Assembly: GCA_023410475.1 (NCBI GenBank)
Contig: JAEYPS010000025.1
Span: 47,946 to 111,945, forward strand
Direction: 5' to 3'
DNA from: Bacillota bacterium
GTDB lineage: Bacteria > Bacillota > Clostridia > Christensenellales > SZUA-584
Length of the DNA: 64,000 nt
Part shown: in pieces, positions 26,940 to 38,581 of the stretch
Layout: every line of letters starts with the position of its first letter
Numbering within the stretch: the first letter of the stretch is position 1
Translations under genes and position numbers: made by a program
Notes under the pieces: model-generated
What the model was told of the DNA's origin: nothing
Seen by the model: only the letters and a program-made list of their open reading frames with translations
Database searches by the model: none

Positions 26940-27802
26940 TGAACAAATATATCGACAAAGCAAATATTCTTATCGAGGCTCTGCCGTATATAAGGCGCCT
27001 CTCAGGAAAAACCGTCGTCATAAAATACGGCGGAGCGGCGATGCTCTCCGAGGAGCTTTCGGCGAAGATTATGCAGGATATAACGCTCCTGAAATTTGTC
27101 GGCGTAAACCCCATTGTAGTACACGGAGGCGGCAACGACATAAACAGCCTGCTTAAAAAGCTCGACATACAGTCCGAGTTCCATAACGGGCTTCGCGTAA
27201 CCGACTCGGCTACGATGGATGTCGTGCAGATGGTGCTCACTGGAAAGATAAACAAGGATATCGTGTCGCAGCTCGGAGTCGCTGGCGCGAAAGCTATCGG
27301 GCTTTGCGGCAAGGACGCTTCTCTTATATCCGCCGAAAAGCTCAACGCTGAGGACGGGCACGACTTGGGGCACGTCGGAAAGATAACGGGCATAAACACC
27401 GAGCTTTTAAACTTTCTCACAAAGGACGAATATATCCCCGTTATAGCTCCGGTAGGCGTAGGCATCAGCGGCGAAAGCTATAACATAAACGCCGACACCG
27501 TGGCGGGCGAGGTTGCCGCAGCGCTGGGCGCGGAAAAGCTGATGTTTTTAACGGACACTGACGGCATATGCCGTATCCCGGGCGACCCGTCTACGCTTAT
27601 ATTTGAGATAACGGTTAAAGAAATAATGGAGCTTATAGCGAGCGGCGTCATCAGCGGAGGCATGCTTCCCAAGGTCGAGGGATGCATAAAGGCTATTGAA
27701 AGCGGCGTCAAGCGCACGCATATACTGAACGGCACGATACCGCACCCCATACTGCTCGAAATATTCACTGACACAGGCATCGGCACTATGGTAAGGGAGT
27801 AA
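26939..27802 (+). CDS. argB: Acetylglutamate kinase
   Basis: [15 protein letters not shown] and NINADT motifs. The ATG overlaps the argC stop (TAATG). Confidence 0.92.
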   Translation: MNKYIDKANILIEALPYIRRLSGKTVVIKYGGAAMLSEELSAKIMQDITLLKFVGVNPIVVHGGGNDINSLLKKLDIQSEFHNGLRVTDSATMDVVQMVLTGKINKDIVSQLGVAGAKAIGLCGKDASLISAEKLNAEDGHDLGHVGKITGINTELLNFLTKDEYIPVIAPVGVGISGESYNINADTVAGEVAAALGAEKLMFLTDTDGICRIPGDPSTLIFEITVKEIMELIASGVISGGMLPKVEGCIKAIESGVKRTHILNGTIPHPILLEIFTDTGIGTMVRE

Positions 27803-27805
27803 AAC

Positions 27806-28990
27806 ATGAAACTCAATGAGATTATTAAACTCGAAAAGCAGTACTATTCCCCCGTCTTCAATCGGCAGGAAATATGCTTTGTCCGGGGCGAGGACGTATA
27901 CCTTTTTGACACCGACGGAAAACAGTATACCGATTTTTTGTCAGGCATAGCCGTCTGCTGCCTCGGGTATTCAGACGAGGGCTACAAGAGGGCTTTGAAG
28001 GACGCTATCGACAGCCTAACGCATACGTCCAACGTGTTTTATATCGAGTCTCAGGCAAAGCTCGCCGGGCTTTTATGTACTGCAACGGGTTACGATAATG
28101 TCTTCTTCTCTAACAGCGGCGCCGAAGCTGTGGAGGGCGCTATCAAGCTAGCACGCAAGTACCATCACGCTTCGGGCAGCGCGCGCACAGAGATAGTGAC
28201 GATGAAGAACAGCTTCCACGGCAGGACGCTGGCAACGCTAGCGGCCACAGGCCAGCAGAAATTCCACGAGGCGTATAAACCACTGGTAAAATCGTTCGTA
28301 TATACAGAGCCTAATGATATCGCGGCTCTGGGCGAGGCGGTCAGCGAGAAAACCGCCGCCGTGATGATAGAGCCCGTGATAGGCGAAGGCGGGATAATAC
28401 CCGTAACGCCCGAGTATTATCAGGCTGTGCGCTCGGCATGCGACCGCGCAGGCGCGCTGATGATAGCGGACGAGATACAGACGGGCATGGGCCGCACAGG
28501 CGCTCTGCTCGCCTCCCCCGCGCTCGGCGCGAAACCGGATATAACAGTGCTCGCGAAATCACTTGGCGCGGGCGTGCCGATAGGCGCGTTCCTTGCTTGC
28601 GGCAAGGCCGCAAGAGCATTTGAGCCGGGAGACCACGGCTCGACGTTTGGCGGCAACCATCTTGCGTGCGCCGCGGCGTATTATGTAACTGACATGCTCG
28701 TGAGTACAAACATGCTCTCGCACATAGCCGAGGTCGGCGCGTACTTTAAGGATCGCCTCGACGCTCTTAAACAAAGCTGCGCTGCCGTAAAAGACGTTCG
28801 CGGCAAGGGGCTTATGCTTGGCATCGAATTCAATACGGAACTTTCCGCAAAAGACCTGCAGCAAAGCCTTCTTGAAGCCGGCTTTATATCGGGCACGGCG
28901 GGAGCTAACACTCTTAGGTTCCTGCCCCCTTATGTGATACAAAGGAAACACATTGACAGCCTTATAGACGTGTTAAAAAACATGCTTTGA
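27806..28990 (+). CDS. argD: Acetylornithine aminotransferase (class III PLP aminotransferase)
   Basis: 394 aa with [26 protein letters not shown] and the Lys-containing LAKSLG. It sits in the arg context. Confidence 0.9.
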   Translation: MKLNEIIKLEKQYYSPVFNRQEICFVRGEDVYLFDTDGKQYTDFLSGIAVCCLGYSDEGYKRALKDAIDSLTHTSNVFYIESQAKLAGLLCTATGYDNVFFSNSGAEAVEGAIKLARKYHHASGSARTEIVTMKNSFHGRTLATLAATGQQKFHEAYKPLVKSFVYTEPNDIAALGEAVSEKTAAVMIEPVIGEGGIIPVTPEYYQAVRSACDRAGALMIADEIQTGMGRTGALLASPALGAKPDITVLAKSLGAGVPIGAFLACGKAARAFEPGDHGSTFGGNHLACAAAYYVTDMLVSTNMLSHIAEVGAYFKDRLDALKQSCAAVKDVRGKGLMLGIEFNTELSAKDLQQSLLEAGFISGTAGANTLRFLPPYVIQRKHIDSLIDVLKNML

Positions 28991-29006
28991 AACAGACGAG
29001 GAGACT

Positions 29007-32000
29007 ATGCCTAAAAGAAACGACTTAAAAAAAATAATGGTTATCGGCTCAGGCCCCATCGTTATAGGCCAGGCGGCCGAGTTCGACTACTCGGGGACGC
29101 AGGCATGCAAGGCGCTCAAGGAAGAGAGCTTTGAGGTCGTGCTTATAAACTCTAACCCGGCGACTATTATGACGGATGAGGAGACGGCGGACAAGGTCTA
29201 TATAGAGCCCATAACCGTAGAAACTATATGCGGCATATTGCGCGCCGAGAGGCCGCAGGGCATAATAGCCACTCTCGGAGGACAGACGGGCCTTAATATG
29301 GCGGTAGAGCTTGCGGACAGCGGCATACTGGATGAGCTTGATATCGAGCTTCTCGGCACGTCGCTCGAGTCCATCAAGCTCGCCGAAGACAGGGAGCTCT
29401 TCAAGGAAACCATGGAGAGCATAGGCGAAAAGATAGCAAAGAGCGCTATCGTATGCTCCGTATCGGACGCCGCTAAGTTTGCCGACGAAGTCGGTTTTCC
29501 AATCATCGTGCGCCCCGCGTACACGCTCGGCGGCACGGGCGGTGGCATTGCCCGGGATATATTTGAGCTTGAGGATATAACCGCGAGAGGCCTCGGGTTC
29601 TCGATGATAGGACAGGTGCTTTTAGAGCAGAGCGTCGCGGGCTACAAGGAGATAGAGTACGAGGTCATGCGCGACGCGAACGACAACTGTATCGTCGTCT
29701 GCAATATGGAAAACTTCGACCCGGTGGGCATACACACGGGCGACAGCATAGTGGTGGCGCCGTCGCAGACGCTTTCCGACAAGGAATACCAGATGCTGCG
29801 CTCCGCCTCGCTTAAAATAATACGCGCGCTTAAGATAAAGGGAGGCTGCAACATACAGTTCGCGCTGAATCCCGACAGCACAGAGTATGTCGTTATAGAG
29901 GTAAACCCGCGTGTAAGCCGCTCGTCGGCGCTCGCGAGCAAGGCTACGGGCTACCCCATCGCGCGCGCTGCCGCGAAGATAGCCGTCGGCTTCGGGCTCG
30001 ACGAGATAGCGAACCCGATAACAGGCGAGACGACGGCATGCTTTGAACCGACGCTTGATTACGTCGTCACGAAGGTGCCGCGGTGGCCTTTTGACAAGTT
30101 CGTCACCGCCACGCGCACTCTCGGCACGCAGATGAAAGCCACGGGAGAAGTAATGGCCATTGGCCGCAGCTTCGAGGAGTCTCTTTTAAAGGCCATAGAC
30201 AGCCTCGACGTTAAGCTAGACTATCAGCTTGGCATGAAGACGATAGCCTCATGGTCGGACGAGGAGATAGAAAATTCTCTTAAAAACCCCGATGACGAAA
30301 GGATATTCGTAGTGTCCGAGGCGCTTGAGCGCGGTTACACTGCCGACGAGATATTCGAAATCACGAAGATAGACAGATTTTTTATTGGCAAGCTGATGAA
30401 CATCGTTACGCTTGCCAATCAATTAAAGCAGCACACCGCCTTCACGCTGCCTGAAGAGCTTTTGCGCAAATGCAAGCGATACGGTTTTGGAGACAGCTAT
30501 ATAGCTAACCTCACGGGAAGCGACGAGCACGATATAAAGGCGCTGCGCGCTAAAATTGGGCTCCGCCCCGCCTACAAGATGGTAGACACGTGCGCGGGCG
30601 AGTTCGAGGCTAAAACGCCTTACTATTATTCATGCTACGATACTGTAGACGAGACGAGAGACAGCGGCAGAAAGAAGATAATCGTGCTCGGCTCGGGGCC
30701 TATACGCATAGGCCAGGGAATAGAGTTTGACTATTGCTCCGTGCATTCGGCAATGGCTCTAAAGCAGCTCGGCTATGAGTCGATAATAATAAACTCTAAC
30801 CCCGAGACGGTATCCACCGACTTCGACACGTCGGATAAACTCTATTTCGAGCCTCTGACAAAAGAGTGCGTGCTCGACGTTATAGAGCGCGAAAAGCCGG
30901 AAGGCGCCGTCGTGCAGTTCGGAGGACAGACGGCGATAAACCTCGCCGCGCCGCTCGCGCAGGAAGGCGCGACTATACTCGGAACCTCTGTAGAGGGCAT
31001 CGATCGCGCGGAAGACCGTGAGAAGTTTTTGAAAGTCCTTGAAAAGCTCGGTATACCCCTGCCGCCAGGAGCTACTGCTTTTTCTGTAGACGAGGCAAAG
31101 AAGACTGCGGCGGAGATAGGTTATCCCGTGTTAGTGCGCCCTTCTTACGTACTTGGCGGGCGGGCTATGGAGATAGTATACGACGAGAAAGAGCTCGACG
31201 AATACATGACGTATGCCGTAAAGGTGTCGCCCAAGCATCCTGTTCTCGTCGATAAGTACCTGAACGGCAAAGAGGTTGAGACGGACGGCATCTGCGACGG
31301 CAAAGACGCGCTCATTGTGGGCTTGATGGAGCATATAGAGCGCGCGGGCGTACATTCGGGCGACAGCTTCGCGGTTTACCCTGCGCAGACGATTAGCGCC
31401 AAGGTTAAGCGTACGGTTATAGATTACTCTGTAAAAATAGGTATAGAGCTTGGCATAAAAGGGCTTTACAACATACAGTTCGTTATAGACCAGTCGGGCA
31501 AGGTGTACGTTCTCGAGGTAAACCCGAGAGCAAGCCGCACCGTTCCGATATTATCGAAGGTAACAGGCGTCCAGATGGTAAAAGCCGCGACGCGCATAAT
31601 GCTCGGCGATACGCTGAAGTCTATGGGCTATTCGTCGGGGCTCTATCCCGAAAGCCGTCTTGTAACCGTAAAAGCCCCCGTGTTCTCGTTTTCGAAGCTT
31701 ACGACGGTGGACATATTCTTAGGTCCCGAGATGAAATCCACAGGCGAGGTCATGGGAACGGATATATCATACCTCGCGGCGCTCAAAAAGGCGTTTCTCG
31801 CCTCGGGCGTAAAACCCCCAGTCAAGGATAAGCCCGTACTGTTTTCGGTGACGGACAGGGACAAACACGAGGCAAGCGTATACGCCGATAAGCTCTCTGC
31901 AATGGGTTTCTCGATAGCGTGCACCGATATGACGTATCAGCACTTCCAGTCTGAGCGCATCCCCTGCACGCTGCTGCCTAAAGCCAAAGTTATACGCGCT

Positions 32001-32210
32001 CTCAAGGACCACGCCGTATCTATGGTTATTAATACGCCTACGAGAGGAAAGCAGCAGTCGCGGCTGGGGTTCGTTTTAAGACGTACGGCCATGGAGTTTA
32101 ACATACCGTGCATCACGTCTATGGACACACTGAAGGCGCTGCTCACTATGATGTCGGCGGGAGACGTTGAGGTAAACAGCATACCGCTCAGCGAATACCA
32201 GGATTACTGA
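29007..32210 (+). CDS. carB: Carbamoyl-phosphate synthase large subunit
   Basis: 1067 aa with duplicated ATP-grasp halves ([17 protein letters not shown] / [15 protein letters not shown]) and an MGS-like C-terminal domain. Confidence 0.95.
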   Translation: MPKRNDLKKIMVIGSGPIVIGQAAEFDYSGTQACKALKEESFEVVLINSNPATIMTDEETADKVYIEPITVETICGILRAERPQGIIATLGGQTGLNMAVELADSGILDELDIELLGTSLESIKLAEDRELFKETMESIGEKIAKSAIVCSVSDAAKFADEVGFPIIVRPAYTLGGTGGGIARDIFELEDITARGLGFSMIGQVLLEQSVAGYKEIEYEVMRDANDNCIVVCNMENFDPVGIHTGDSIVVAPSQTLSDKEYQMLRSASLKIIRALKIKGGCNIQFALNPDSTEYVVIEVNPRVSRSSALASKATGYPIARAAAKIAVGFGLDEIANPITGETTACFEPTLDYVVTKVPRWPFDKFVTATRTLGTQMKATGEVMAIGRSFEESLLKAIDSLDVKLDYQLGMKTIASWSDEEIENSLKNPDDERIFVVSEALERGYTADEIFEITKIDRFFIGKLMNIVTLANQLKQHTAFTLPEELLRKCKRYGFGDSYIANLTGSDEHDIKALRAKIGLRPAYKMVDTCAGEFEAKTPYYYSCYDTVDETRDSGRKKIIVLGSGPIRIGQGIEFDYCSVHSAMALKQLGYESIIINSNPETVSTDFDTSDKLYFEPLTKECVLDVIEREKPEGAVVQFGGQTAINLAAPLAQEGATILGTSVEGIDRAEDREKFLKVLEKLGIPLPPGATAFSVDEAKKTAAEIGYPVLVRPSYVLGGRAMEIVYDEKELDEYMTYAVKVSPKHPVLVDKYLNGKEVETDGICDGKDALIVGLMEHIERAGVHSGDSFAVYPAQTISAKVKRTVIDYSVKIGIELGIKGLYNIQFVIDQSGKVYVLEVNPRASRTVPILSKVTGVQMVKAATRIMLGDTLKSMGYSSGLYPESRLVTVKAPVFSFSKLTTVDIFLGPEMKSTGEVMGTDISYLAALKKAFLASGVKPPVKDKPVLFSVTDRDKHEASVYADKLSAMGFSIACTDMTYQHFQSERIPCTLLPKAKVIRALKDHAVSMVINTPTRGKQQSRLGFVLRRTAMEFNIPCITSMDTLKALLTMMSAGDVEVNSIPLSEYQDY

Positions 32211-32257
32211 TTTAATACCTGAAGCTGTGCTTTCAGGGTTTGATAAGGAGTTTATAT

Positions 32258-33214
32258 ATGGATCTTTTATACTATAAGCCAAAGAAGGAATTTTCGCAGA
32301 AACACCTTCTGCGCTTATCCGATTACAGCCAAGACGAGATACTGCATATATTAAGCCTTGCGCTCAAGCTCAAAAAGCAGATGAAAGAGGGCCTGCGCCC
32401 TCCCCTGCTTGCAGGAAAGATACTCGCTATGATATTTTCCAAGAGCTCTACGCGCACGAGGGTATCGTTCGAGTCGGGCATTTACCAGCTTGGCGGCACG
32501 GCTCAGTTTTTGAGCGCTAATGACATACAGCTCGGGCGCGGCGAAACCGTATCCGACACCGCGAAGGTGCTCTCACGCATGGTCGACGGCATAATGATAC
32601 GCACATTTGCGCAAAGCGACGTCGAGGCTCTCGCCGAGCACGGAAGCATCCCCGTTATAAACGGGCTTACAGACCTGCTGCACCCCTGCCAGGCCCTAGC
32701 CGCCCTTATGACATACTATGAACATAAAGGAAGCTTAAAAGGCAAGCTCGCGTTCGTGGGAGACGGCAACAACGTCGCGAACTCTCTGCTCGTCGGCTGC
32801 GCAAAACTCGGGCTCGATATGTCCGTCGCCTGCCCCGAGGGGTTCGAGCCGGACAGCGAAGTACTGGAAGCGGCGAAGGAAGCCGCGAGCTTGAGCGGCT
32901 CGAAGATAACGGTAACGCGCGACCCGGGCGAAGCCGCGGACGGCGCCGACGCTATGTACACGGACGTATATATCAGCATGGGACAGGAAGCGTCAGCGAA
33001 AGAGAAGGCTGAGCGGTTTGCGGGATACCGCGTTACAGAGAGGCTTATGGCGCAGTGCAAGCAGGACGCAATATTCATGCACTGCCTGCCCGCTCACAGA
33101 GGCGAGGAGGTGGACGCGGCCGTTATAGACGGAAAGCAGAGCACGGTATTTGACGAAGCGGAAAACAGGCTGCACGCACAAAAAGCGGTTATGGTGCTGC
33201 TGATGCGGGACTAA
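32258..33214 (+). CDS. argF: Ornithine carbamoyltransferase
   Basis: STRTRVSFE, HPCQ and HCLPAHRGEE motifs. AAGGAG lies 7 nt upstream of the ATG at 32258. Confidence 0.9.
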   Translation: MDLLYYKPKKEFSQKHLLRLSDYSQDEILHILSLALKLKKQMKEGLRPPLLAGKILAMIFSKSSTRTRVSFESGIYQLGGTAQFLSANDIQLGRGETVSDTAKVLSRMVDGIMIRTFAQSDVEALAEHGSIPVINGLTDLLHPCQALAALMTYYEHKGSLKGKLAFVGDGNNVANSLLVGCAKLGLDMSVACPEGFEPDSEVLEAAKEAASLSGSKITVTRDPGEAADGADAMYTDVYISMGQEASAKEKAERFAGYRVTERLMAQCKQDAIFMHCLPAHRGEEVDAAVIDGKQSTVFDEAENRLHAQKAVMVLLMRD

Positions 33215-33218
33215 TAAT

Positions 33219-33737
33219 ATGGAAAGCATAATCTTTAAAAAAGCGGCTCCGCCGGACGTGGAAGAGATAAAGCGCGTAACAAGAAAAGCGTTTTCCGATT
33301 ACGCCAAGGAGATACGCAGGGAGCAAAGCGTGGCGGCGCTTCATGAAACGGATGAAGCTATACTTTATGACATAGAGCATAAGCACGTCTATATCTGCGA
33401 AGTCGACGGCGAGACCGCGGGCGCGGTTCGCTTTGAGGTGCTCAGCGAGGGCATCGCCTATCTTTCAAGGCTCGCGATAGACCCTGAAATTCAGTCACTC
33501 GGCATAGGCGGGCTGCTGCTCGAGAAGGCAAAGCAGGAATGCGCCGCGCTTGGAGTGCGCGCCATAACGCTGCACACGGCGAGCAGGATGCGCTCCACCG
33601 TCGCGTTTTATTTGAAGAACGGCTATTATATCCACTCCATCACGCGAGACAAGGAATATATACGCGCGTTCATGGTGAACGAGCTTACAGAGATGGATGA
33701 AATGTTTGACTACGAGAGCATCGTGGGAAAACGATAA
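33219..33737 (+). CDS. GNAT-family N-acetyltransferase (last gene of the arg cluster)
   Basis: 172 aa with an acetyl-CoA-binding motif A-like segment (LAIDPEIQSLGIGGLLLEKA). It starts 4 nt after the argF stop. Confidence 0.8.
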   Translation: MESIIFKKAAPPDVEEIKRVTRKAFSDYAKEIRREQSVAALHETDEAILYDIEHKHVYICEVDGETAGAVRFEVLSEGIAYLSRLAIDPEIQSLGIGGLLLEKAKQECAALGVRAITLHTASRMRSTVAFYLKNGYYIHSITRDKEYIRAFMVNELTEMDEMFDYESIVGKR

Positions 33738-33754
33738 ATACAATCATACAATGT

Positions 33755-33780
33755 AGCGCCGGGGGCGCTTTTTTCTTTTC
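33755..33780 (+). terminator. Terminator of the arg cluster
   Basis: AGCGCC-GGG-GGCGCT followed by TTTTTTCTTTTC. Confidence 0.75.
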
Positions 33781-33857
33781 TGCGCTTTGCATATCCTTGT
33801 TGTTGGCCGCCCCAAACTGTTATATAATCGTTATATACTTTTATAAGGGAGCCGACT

Positions 33858-35402
33858 ATGTTTACGATCATCACCGCCGAGGAAGCCGCCGCGCTTATAA
33901 ATGACGGCGACACTATCTGCATAAACTCGTTTCTGACGCTCGGTAACCCCGAGGCGCTCCATAACGCGCTCGCTGAGCGCTTTAATCAGACGGGACACCC
34001 CAAAGACCTCACTATATTCTGCGCTTCGGGCTTCGGCGGATGGGACGAGACCCGCTATGCCGACCGTTACATCAGCGCGGGAGCGGTACGGCGCGTCATA
34101 GCCGGGCATTTCGGAAGCATGCCTGCCGCTGCTCGCATGGCAAAGAGCGGTGACATAGAGGCCTATAACATGCCTTTGGGGGTGCTGTCACACGTTCTGA
34201 GGGCGGCGGCGTCAAAAAAGGAAGGGTATCTGAGCGAGGTCGGGCTCGGCATATTCGTTGACCCGCGGCTTGACGGACCGGGGCTCAACAGCCGCTCGCG
34301 GGAAGAACTCGTAAAAGTCGTTCACCTTGAGGGCAAAGAATATCTTTATTACAAAACGCCAAAGATAGACGTCGCGTTTATAAAGGGAACGGCGGTCGAC
34401 CCGAACGGCAATATAACGTTTGAAAAGGAGTGCCTCACCGTGGACGCGCTTTCCACGGCTCAGGCAACGAAAGCGAACGGAGGCATAGTTATCGTGCAGG
34501 TAGAAAACGTGAGCCACGTATTCTCGCGCCCCCGCAACGTCATTGTGCCGGGCGTGCTTGTTGACGCCGTCGTCGTCTGCCCCGACCAGAAGCAGATACT
34601 CGACTTTGCGTACAACCCCTCGCTTTCCGGCGATATACACGTTCCGCCCAGCCATATGAACTACTGGATGATGCAGATGCCGCTTTCGGGCAAGCGCGGC
34701 GCCGCGGACGCGGACGACGCGCACGAGATAATAGGCGAGCGCGCGGCGAACGAGCTTCGCGAAGGCACCGTCGTCAACATAGGCATAGGCATACCGGAGG
34801 TGGTGGGAAGATACGCCAGCAAACGCGGAATACTCGAGCATATAGACCTCACGGTGGAGTCGGGCGGCATAGGCGGCCTGCCCGCCCCCGGCATAGCGTT
34901 CGGTGCGACGATAGGCGCCGACATAATAACGGACATGGCGCAGCAGTTCGATTTCTATGACGGCGGAGGCATAAACACATGCTTTATGGGAGGGTATGAA
35001 GTCGACAGGCACGGCAACGTTAACGCTCACGTTATCGGCGGACGGTACGCGGGCATAGGAGGTTTCGCCAACATAACTAGCGCCACTCCCGAGGTCGTGT
35101 TCTGCATGACGTTCAGCGCTGTAGGCCTGAGTGTTGAAAAAGGCGAATACGGTGTGCGTATATTACAGGACGGCACAAAGCCTAAGTTTAAGAGCAGCAT
35201 AGAGGCTATAAGCTTCTCAGCTGAGCGCGCTTTGCTGCGAGGCCAGAGCGTAATGTATGTCACCGAGAGGTGCGTGTTCCGCCTCACGGAGAACGGGCTC
35301 GAGCTCTCCGAGGTCTACGACGGAATCGACATTAAGAAAGACATACTCGATAAGCTTGATTTTAAGCCCCGTCTCGGAAACGGGATGCTGAAAAAGCTGT
35401 AG
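33858..35402 (+). CDS. Family I acyl-CoA:acetate/propionate CoA-transferase (YdiF/Pct-like)
   Basis: 514 aa. The N-terminus (ITAEEAAALINDGDTICINSF) and the ESGGIGG segment with the catalytic Glu are typical of single-chain CoA-transferases. Confidence 0.8.
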   Translation: MFTIITAEEAAALINDGDTICINSFLTLGNPEALHNALAERFNQTGHPKDLTIFCASGFGGWDETRYADRYISAGAVRRVIAGHFGSMPAAARMAKSGDIEAYNMPLGVLSHVLRAAASKKEGYLSEVGLGIFVDPRLDGPGLNSRSREELVKVVHLEGKEYLYYKTPKIDVAFIKGTAVDPNGNITFEKECLTVDALSTAQATKANGGIVIVQVENVSHVFSRPRNVIVPGVLVDAVVVCPDQKQILDFAYNPSLSGDIHVPPSHMNYWMMQMPLSGKRGAADADDAHEIIGERAANELREGTVVNIGIGIPEVVGRYASKRGILEHIDLTVESGGIGGLPAPGIAFGATIGADIITDMAQQFDFYDGGGINTCFMGGYEVDRHGNVNAHVIGGRYAGIGGFANITSATPEVVFCMTFSAVGLSVEKGEYGVRILQDGTKPKFKSSIEAISFSAERALLRGQSVMYVTERCVFRLTENGLELSEVYDGIDIKKDILDKLDFKPRLGNGMLKKL

Positions 35403-35481
35403 CGATTCCTGAAGCCCGTTTGGCACCGAGTGTTCGAGATTGAACTCATATATATCTTATATATAAGCAGCTGATCAAACC

Positions 35482-35520
35482 GGGATTAAGACAGTCTTAC
35501 CTGCCTTAATCCCTTTATTC
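35482..35520. terminator. Hairpin terminator between the convergent CoA-transferase and helicase genes
   Basis: GGGATTAAG 35482-35490 / CTTAATCCC 35505-35513, followed by TTTATTCT. Confidence 0.6.
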
Positions 35521-35529
35521 TAAAATTCT

Positions 35530-36912
35530 TTAATGACGGCGGTTGTATACATGCCGTTGATGCGGCCTTTGAGGCGGCGTAAGAGGCAAGTGGCGTTTTT
35601 GCGCTTCTTTGGCGGACAGCATCTTCAGAAGCGCCGCCGCGATATCCACCGTCGTCAGCTCCGGAGAATCTGTGGCATTGGCGTTTACCGCTTCCGCCAG
35701 CTCTTCTACGTACGGTATAAAAGACTCGTAACCGCCCTCTTCAACAAAATCCGCGGCTTTTTTGAGCAGCGCTCCGATACGGCTCTCCTCAATGTCGAGC
35801 AGCGTAGGCGGTTTAACGGCTTTGATCTTGGCCTTGGTGAAGCGCTGTATATCGCGCAGCTTAATATGATCCCGACCGGTGACGAACGTATAGGCCTGAC
35901 CTGCCTTGCCCGCCCGTCCCGTACGCCCTATGCGGTGTACGTAATACTCCTCGTCGTTTGGCATATCGTAATTGAATACAGCCTCTATGTTATCGACGTC
36001 GATACCGCGCGCCGCCACATCGGTAGCCACGAGTATGCCGACCTCTCCGCTTTTGAACCGCCCCATGATCGCCGTGCGCTCGTTCTGCCGGATATCGCCG
36101 TGCAGAGCCTCGGCTGAATATCCCCGCGCCTTTAAGCTGAACGCGAGCGCGTCCGTGTTCTTTTTGGTACCGCAAAACACGAGACACAGCGAAAAACGGT
36201 TGCCGTCTATCACCCGGCACAGTACGTCGAGTTTGGAATGATCGCGTACCTCGATATAGTACTGTTCTATACCCTGCACCGTCATTTCCTTGTGTTGTAT
36301 TTTTATGTGCTCGGGGTCGCTTTGGAAACGCCGTGTCAGGTCGAGTATAGGACGGGACATAGTCGCGGAAAACAGCACGGTCTGCCTGTCCGACGGCGTT
36401 TTCTTAAGTATCGTTTCCATGTCCTCCAGAAAACCCATGCTCAGCATCTCGTCAGCCTCGTCGAGTATCACCATGCGTATGCCGTCAAGCTTGAGCGTGT
36501 TTCGGCGCATATGATCCATAACGCGCCCCGGTGTGCCTATCACTATCTGCGGCCTTCTCTTTAAAGACTGTATCTGGCGCTCTATGGACTGCCCTCCGTA
36601 TACCGGCAGTATTCGCACGCCCTCGATATATTTTGATACGCTCTGAAATTCTTCCGCCGTCTGTATTGCAAGCTCGCGCGTGGGGCATAGCACGAGCACC
36701 TGCGCGCGCCCTGTATCTTCTTCAAGCATCTGAACGGCGGGTATCGCAAACGCGCATGTCTTTCCCGTACCGGTCTGCGCCTGGCCTATAACATCCCGCC
36801 CCTTCATAATGGGGACTATGGTTTTTTCCTGTATTGGCGTAGGCTCCTCAAAGCCCATCGCCTGTATCCCCCGCAGCACCTCTGCGCTCAGTTCTAATTC
36901 CGTAAACTGCAA
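35530..36912 (-). CDS. DEAD-box ATP-dependent RNA helicase
   Basis: Q-motif, AQTGTGKT, DEAD, SAT and HRIGRTGRAG motifs. It uses a TTG start with AGAGGA upstream. Confidence 0.92.
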   Translation of the reverse strand: MQFTELELSAEVLRGIQAMGFEEPTPIQEKTIVPIMKGRDVIGQAQTGTGKTCAFAIPAVQMLEEDTGRAQVLVLCPTRELAIQTAEEFQSVSKYIEGVRILPVYGGQSIERQIQSLKRRPQIVIGTPGRVMDHMRRNTLKLDGIRMVILDEADEMLSMGFLEDMETILKKTPSDRQTVLFSATMSRPILDLTRRFQSDPEHIKIQHKEMTVQGIEQYYIEVRDHSKLDVLCRVIDGNRFSLCLVFCGTKKNTDALAFSLKARGYSAEALHGDIRQNERTAIMGRFKSGEVGILVATDVAARGIDVDNIEAVFNYDMPNDEEYYVHRIGRTGRAGKAGQAYTFVTGRDHIKLRDIQRFTKAKIKAVKPPTLLDIEESRIGALLKKAADFVEEGGYESFIPYVEELAEAVNANATDSPELTTVDIAAALLKMLSAKEAQKRHLPLTPPQRPHQRHVYNRRH

Positions 36913-37076
36913 ATCTTTTGTCCTCTTTCATTCTTTTGTGAAATATTTTGTACCAACTAAAAAAAAATAAACCGGCTCCATACTATACCACGCTTAGCCC
37001 GGTATAGCAAAACTTCTTTTGCCGCTTGGTGCGGCTTGGCTGAAAAAGCTGTAACCTCTGGTATTTATCCAACCGC

Positions 37077-37114
37077 CAAAAAAATAAACCGTATACGCTT
37101 GGTACACGGTTTAT
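37077..37114 (-). terminator. Terminator of the MFS transporter gene
   Basis: On the minus strand, ATAAACCGT-N13-ACGGTTTAT is followed by T7. Confidence 0.8.
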
Positions 37115-37122
37115 GTCACATA

Positions 37123-38349
37123 TTACTTGTTTTTAAGTTTAGGATGTTTGAGCAGCGCGGTCAGCACTATCCCCAAAAGCGCCGCGCAAGCCGCGATTAT
37201 GAACGCCGTCACAAAACCGCCCGACATATCTCTGAAATACCCCGCGAGGAACGCCGAGCCTACAGCGCCTATGCCAAACCCCAAAAGTATCATTCCGTAA
37301 TTGACGCCCATATATTTAAGGCCGAAGTAATCCGCCGTAAGCGCAGGAAATACTCCGAGGAAGCCGCCGTATGAAAAACCGACGAGAGCGATAAACACGA
37401 GTATAAGATAGCCCTGAGTTATCGCCGCAAACGGTATGGACACGGCGGCAATAGCGAGCAGTATCAGCAGCGTTCTCTTGCGGCCAAGCTTGTCTGACGT
37501 TGCACCCCAGAACAGACGCCCAAACGAGTTGAACCCTGTGATGACCATAACGCCAGCCGTTGCGGCCTCTACCGAGAGCCCGCCGTCTATGCCGAGCACC
37601 TTCGCGAACGGTATAACCATAAGTCCCGCCGCGCTTGCAAGCATAAGCATAACGGTTATCATGTAAAACTGAGGCGTCCGTATGAGCTCGCGCGGTGAAA
37701 AATCCTGAACATGTGCAGCGCCCTGTTTTGGCGCAGGAGGCACCCAGCCATCAGGCTTGTATCCCTCGGGCGGATTTTTGATTATTATACCGCAGATAAA
37801 TGTCACGGCAAGGAATATTAGCGCAAACCATTTAAACGTATCCATGACGCCGACCGCGGTGATCAGCGCGTTGGCTATAGGCGTGAAAACGAGCCCTCCG
37901 AACCCGAGCGCTGAAACTATAATTCCTGTGATCATGCCGCGCTTGTCGGGGAACCACTTCTGGCAGACCGCTATTGTGGTCGTGTATGTCATTCCCATTC
38001 CAAAGCCGCCAAGTATACCGTAAGTTATCCATAGCAGCCAGGGTATTTCCTTTGTTGCGAAACCCGCAAAAAAGAACCCTATCGCAAGAACTATGCCTCC
38101 TCCGATCAAGACTGGCTGGGGCCTTAATTTGTCCTGGATCATGCCGCCTATAACGCTTCCGAATGTAAGAACTCCAAGAAGAAGCGAGAACGTAAGCGCC
38201 GCCTGCTGCTGTGACCACTCAAGTGTCTTTACCACCTCAGGCTGAAACACTCCCCAGATATACGCCGTGCCAAGACAAAGCTGAATAGCAATGCCCGCAA
38301 AAACAGGTATCCATCGGTTGTATGTCTTTGGTTTTGCTGCTGAATCCAT
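37123..38349 (-). CDS. MFS transporter, oxalate/formate antiporter (OFA)-like family
   Basis: About 408 aa from the ATG at 38349 (MDSAAKPKTYNRW). It has 12 hydrophobic segments and an OFA-like GTAYIWGVF segment. The ORF-track start at 38415 adds 22 unlikely residues. Confidence 0.8.
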   Translation of the reverse strand: MDSAAKPKTYNRWIPVFAGIAIQLCLGTAYIWGVFQPEVVKTLEWSQQQAALTFSLLLGVLTFGSVIGGMIQDKLRPQPVLIGGGIVLAIGFFFAGFATKEIPWLLWITYGILGGFGMGMTYTTTIAVCQKWFPDKRGMITGIIVSALGFGGLVFTPIANALITAVGVMDTFKWFALIFLAVTFICGIIIKNPPEGYKPDGWVPPAPKQGAAHVQDFSPRELIRTPQFYMITVMLMLASAAGLMVIPFAKVLGIDGGLSVEAATAGVMVITGFNSFGRLFWGATSDKLGRKRTLLILLAIAAVSIPFAAITQGYLILVFIALVGFSYGGFLGVFPALTADYFGLKYMGVNYGMILLGFGIGAVGSAFLAGYFRDMSGGFVTAFIIAACAALLGIVLTALLKHPKLKNK

Positions 38350-38530
38350 AAAAGCACCCCTAAGCTGATAAAGTATAGTGTTAGGATTATCACATGTTTC
38401 GACACGTATTGTCAATGAATTATTATTAGTAATACTAATTTTTTATACACAGGCGATGTTATTTCTATTTGCGCCCTGTTTGCGTAAACCACATACTCAA
38501 GCCATACGATTACGGCGAGTACTTTGTCAC

Positions 38531-38554
38531 AAAAAACGCCCGATCACGGACGTT
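38531..38554 (-). terminator. Terminator after folA
   Basis: On the minus strand, AACGTCCG-TGAT-CGGGCGTT is followed by TTTTTGTG. Confidence 0.7.
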
Positions 38555-38581
38555 ATCAAATCATATGTTCTCTGTTCTTTA

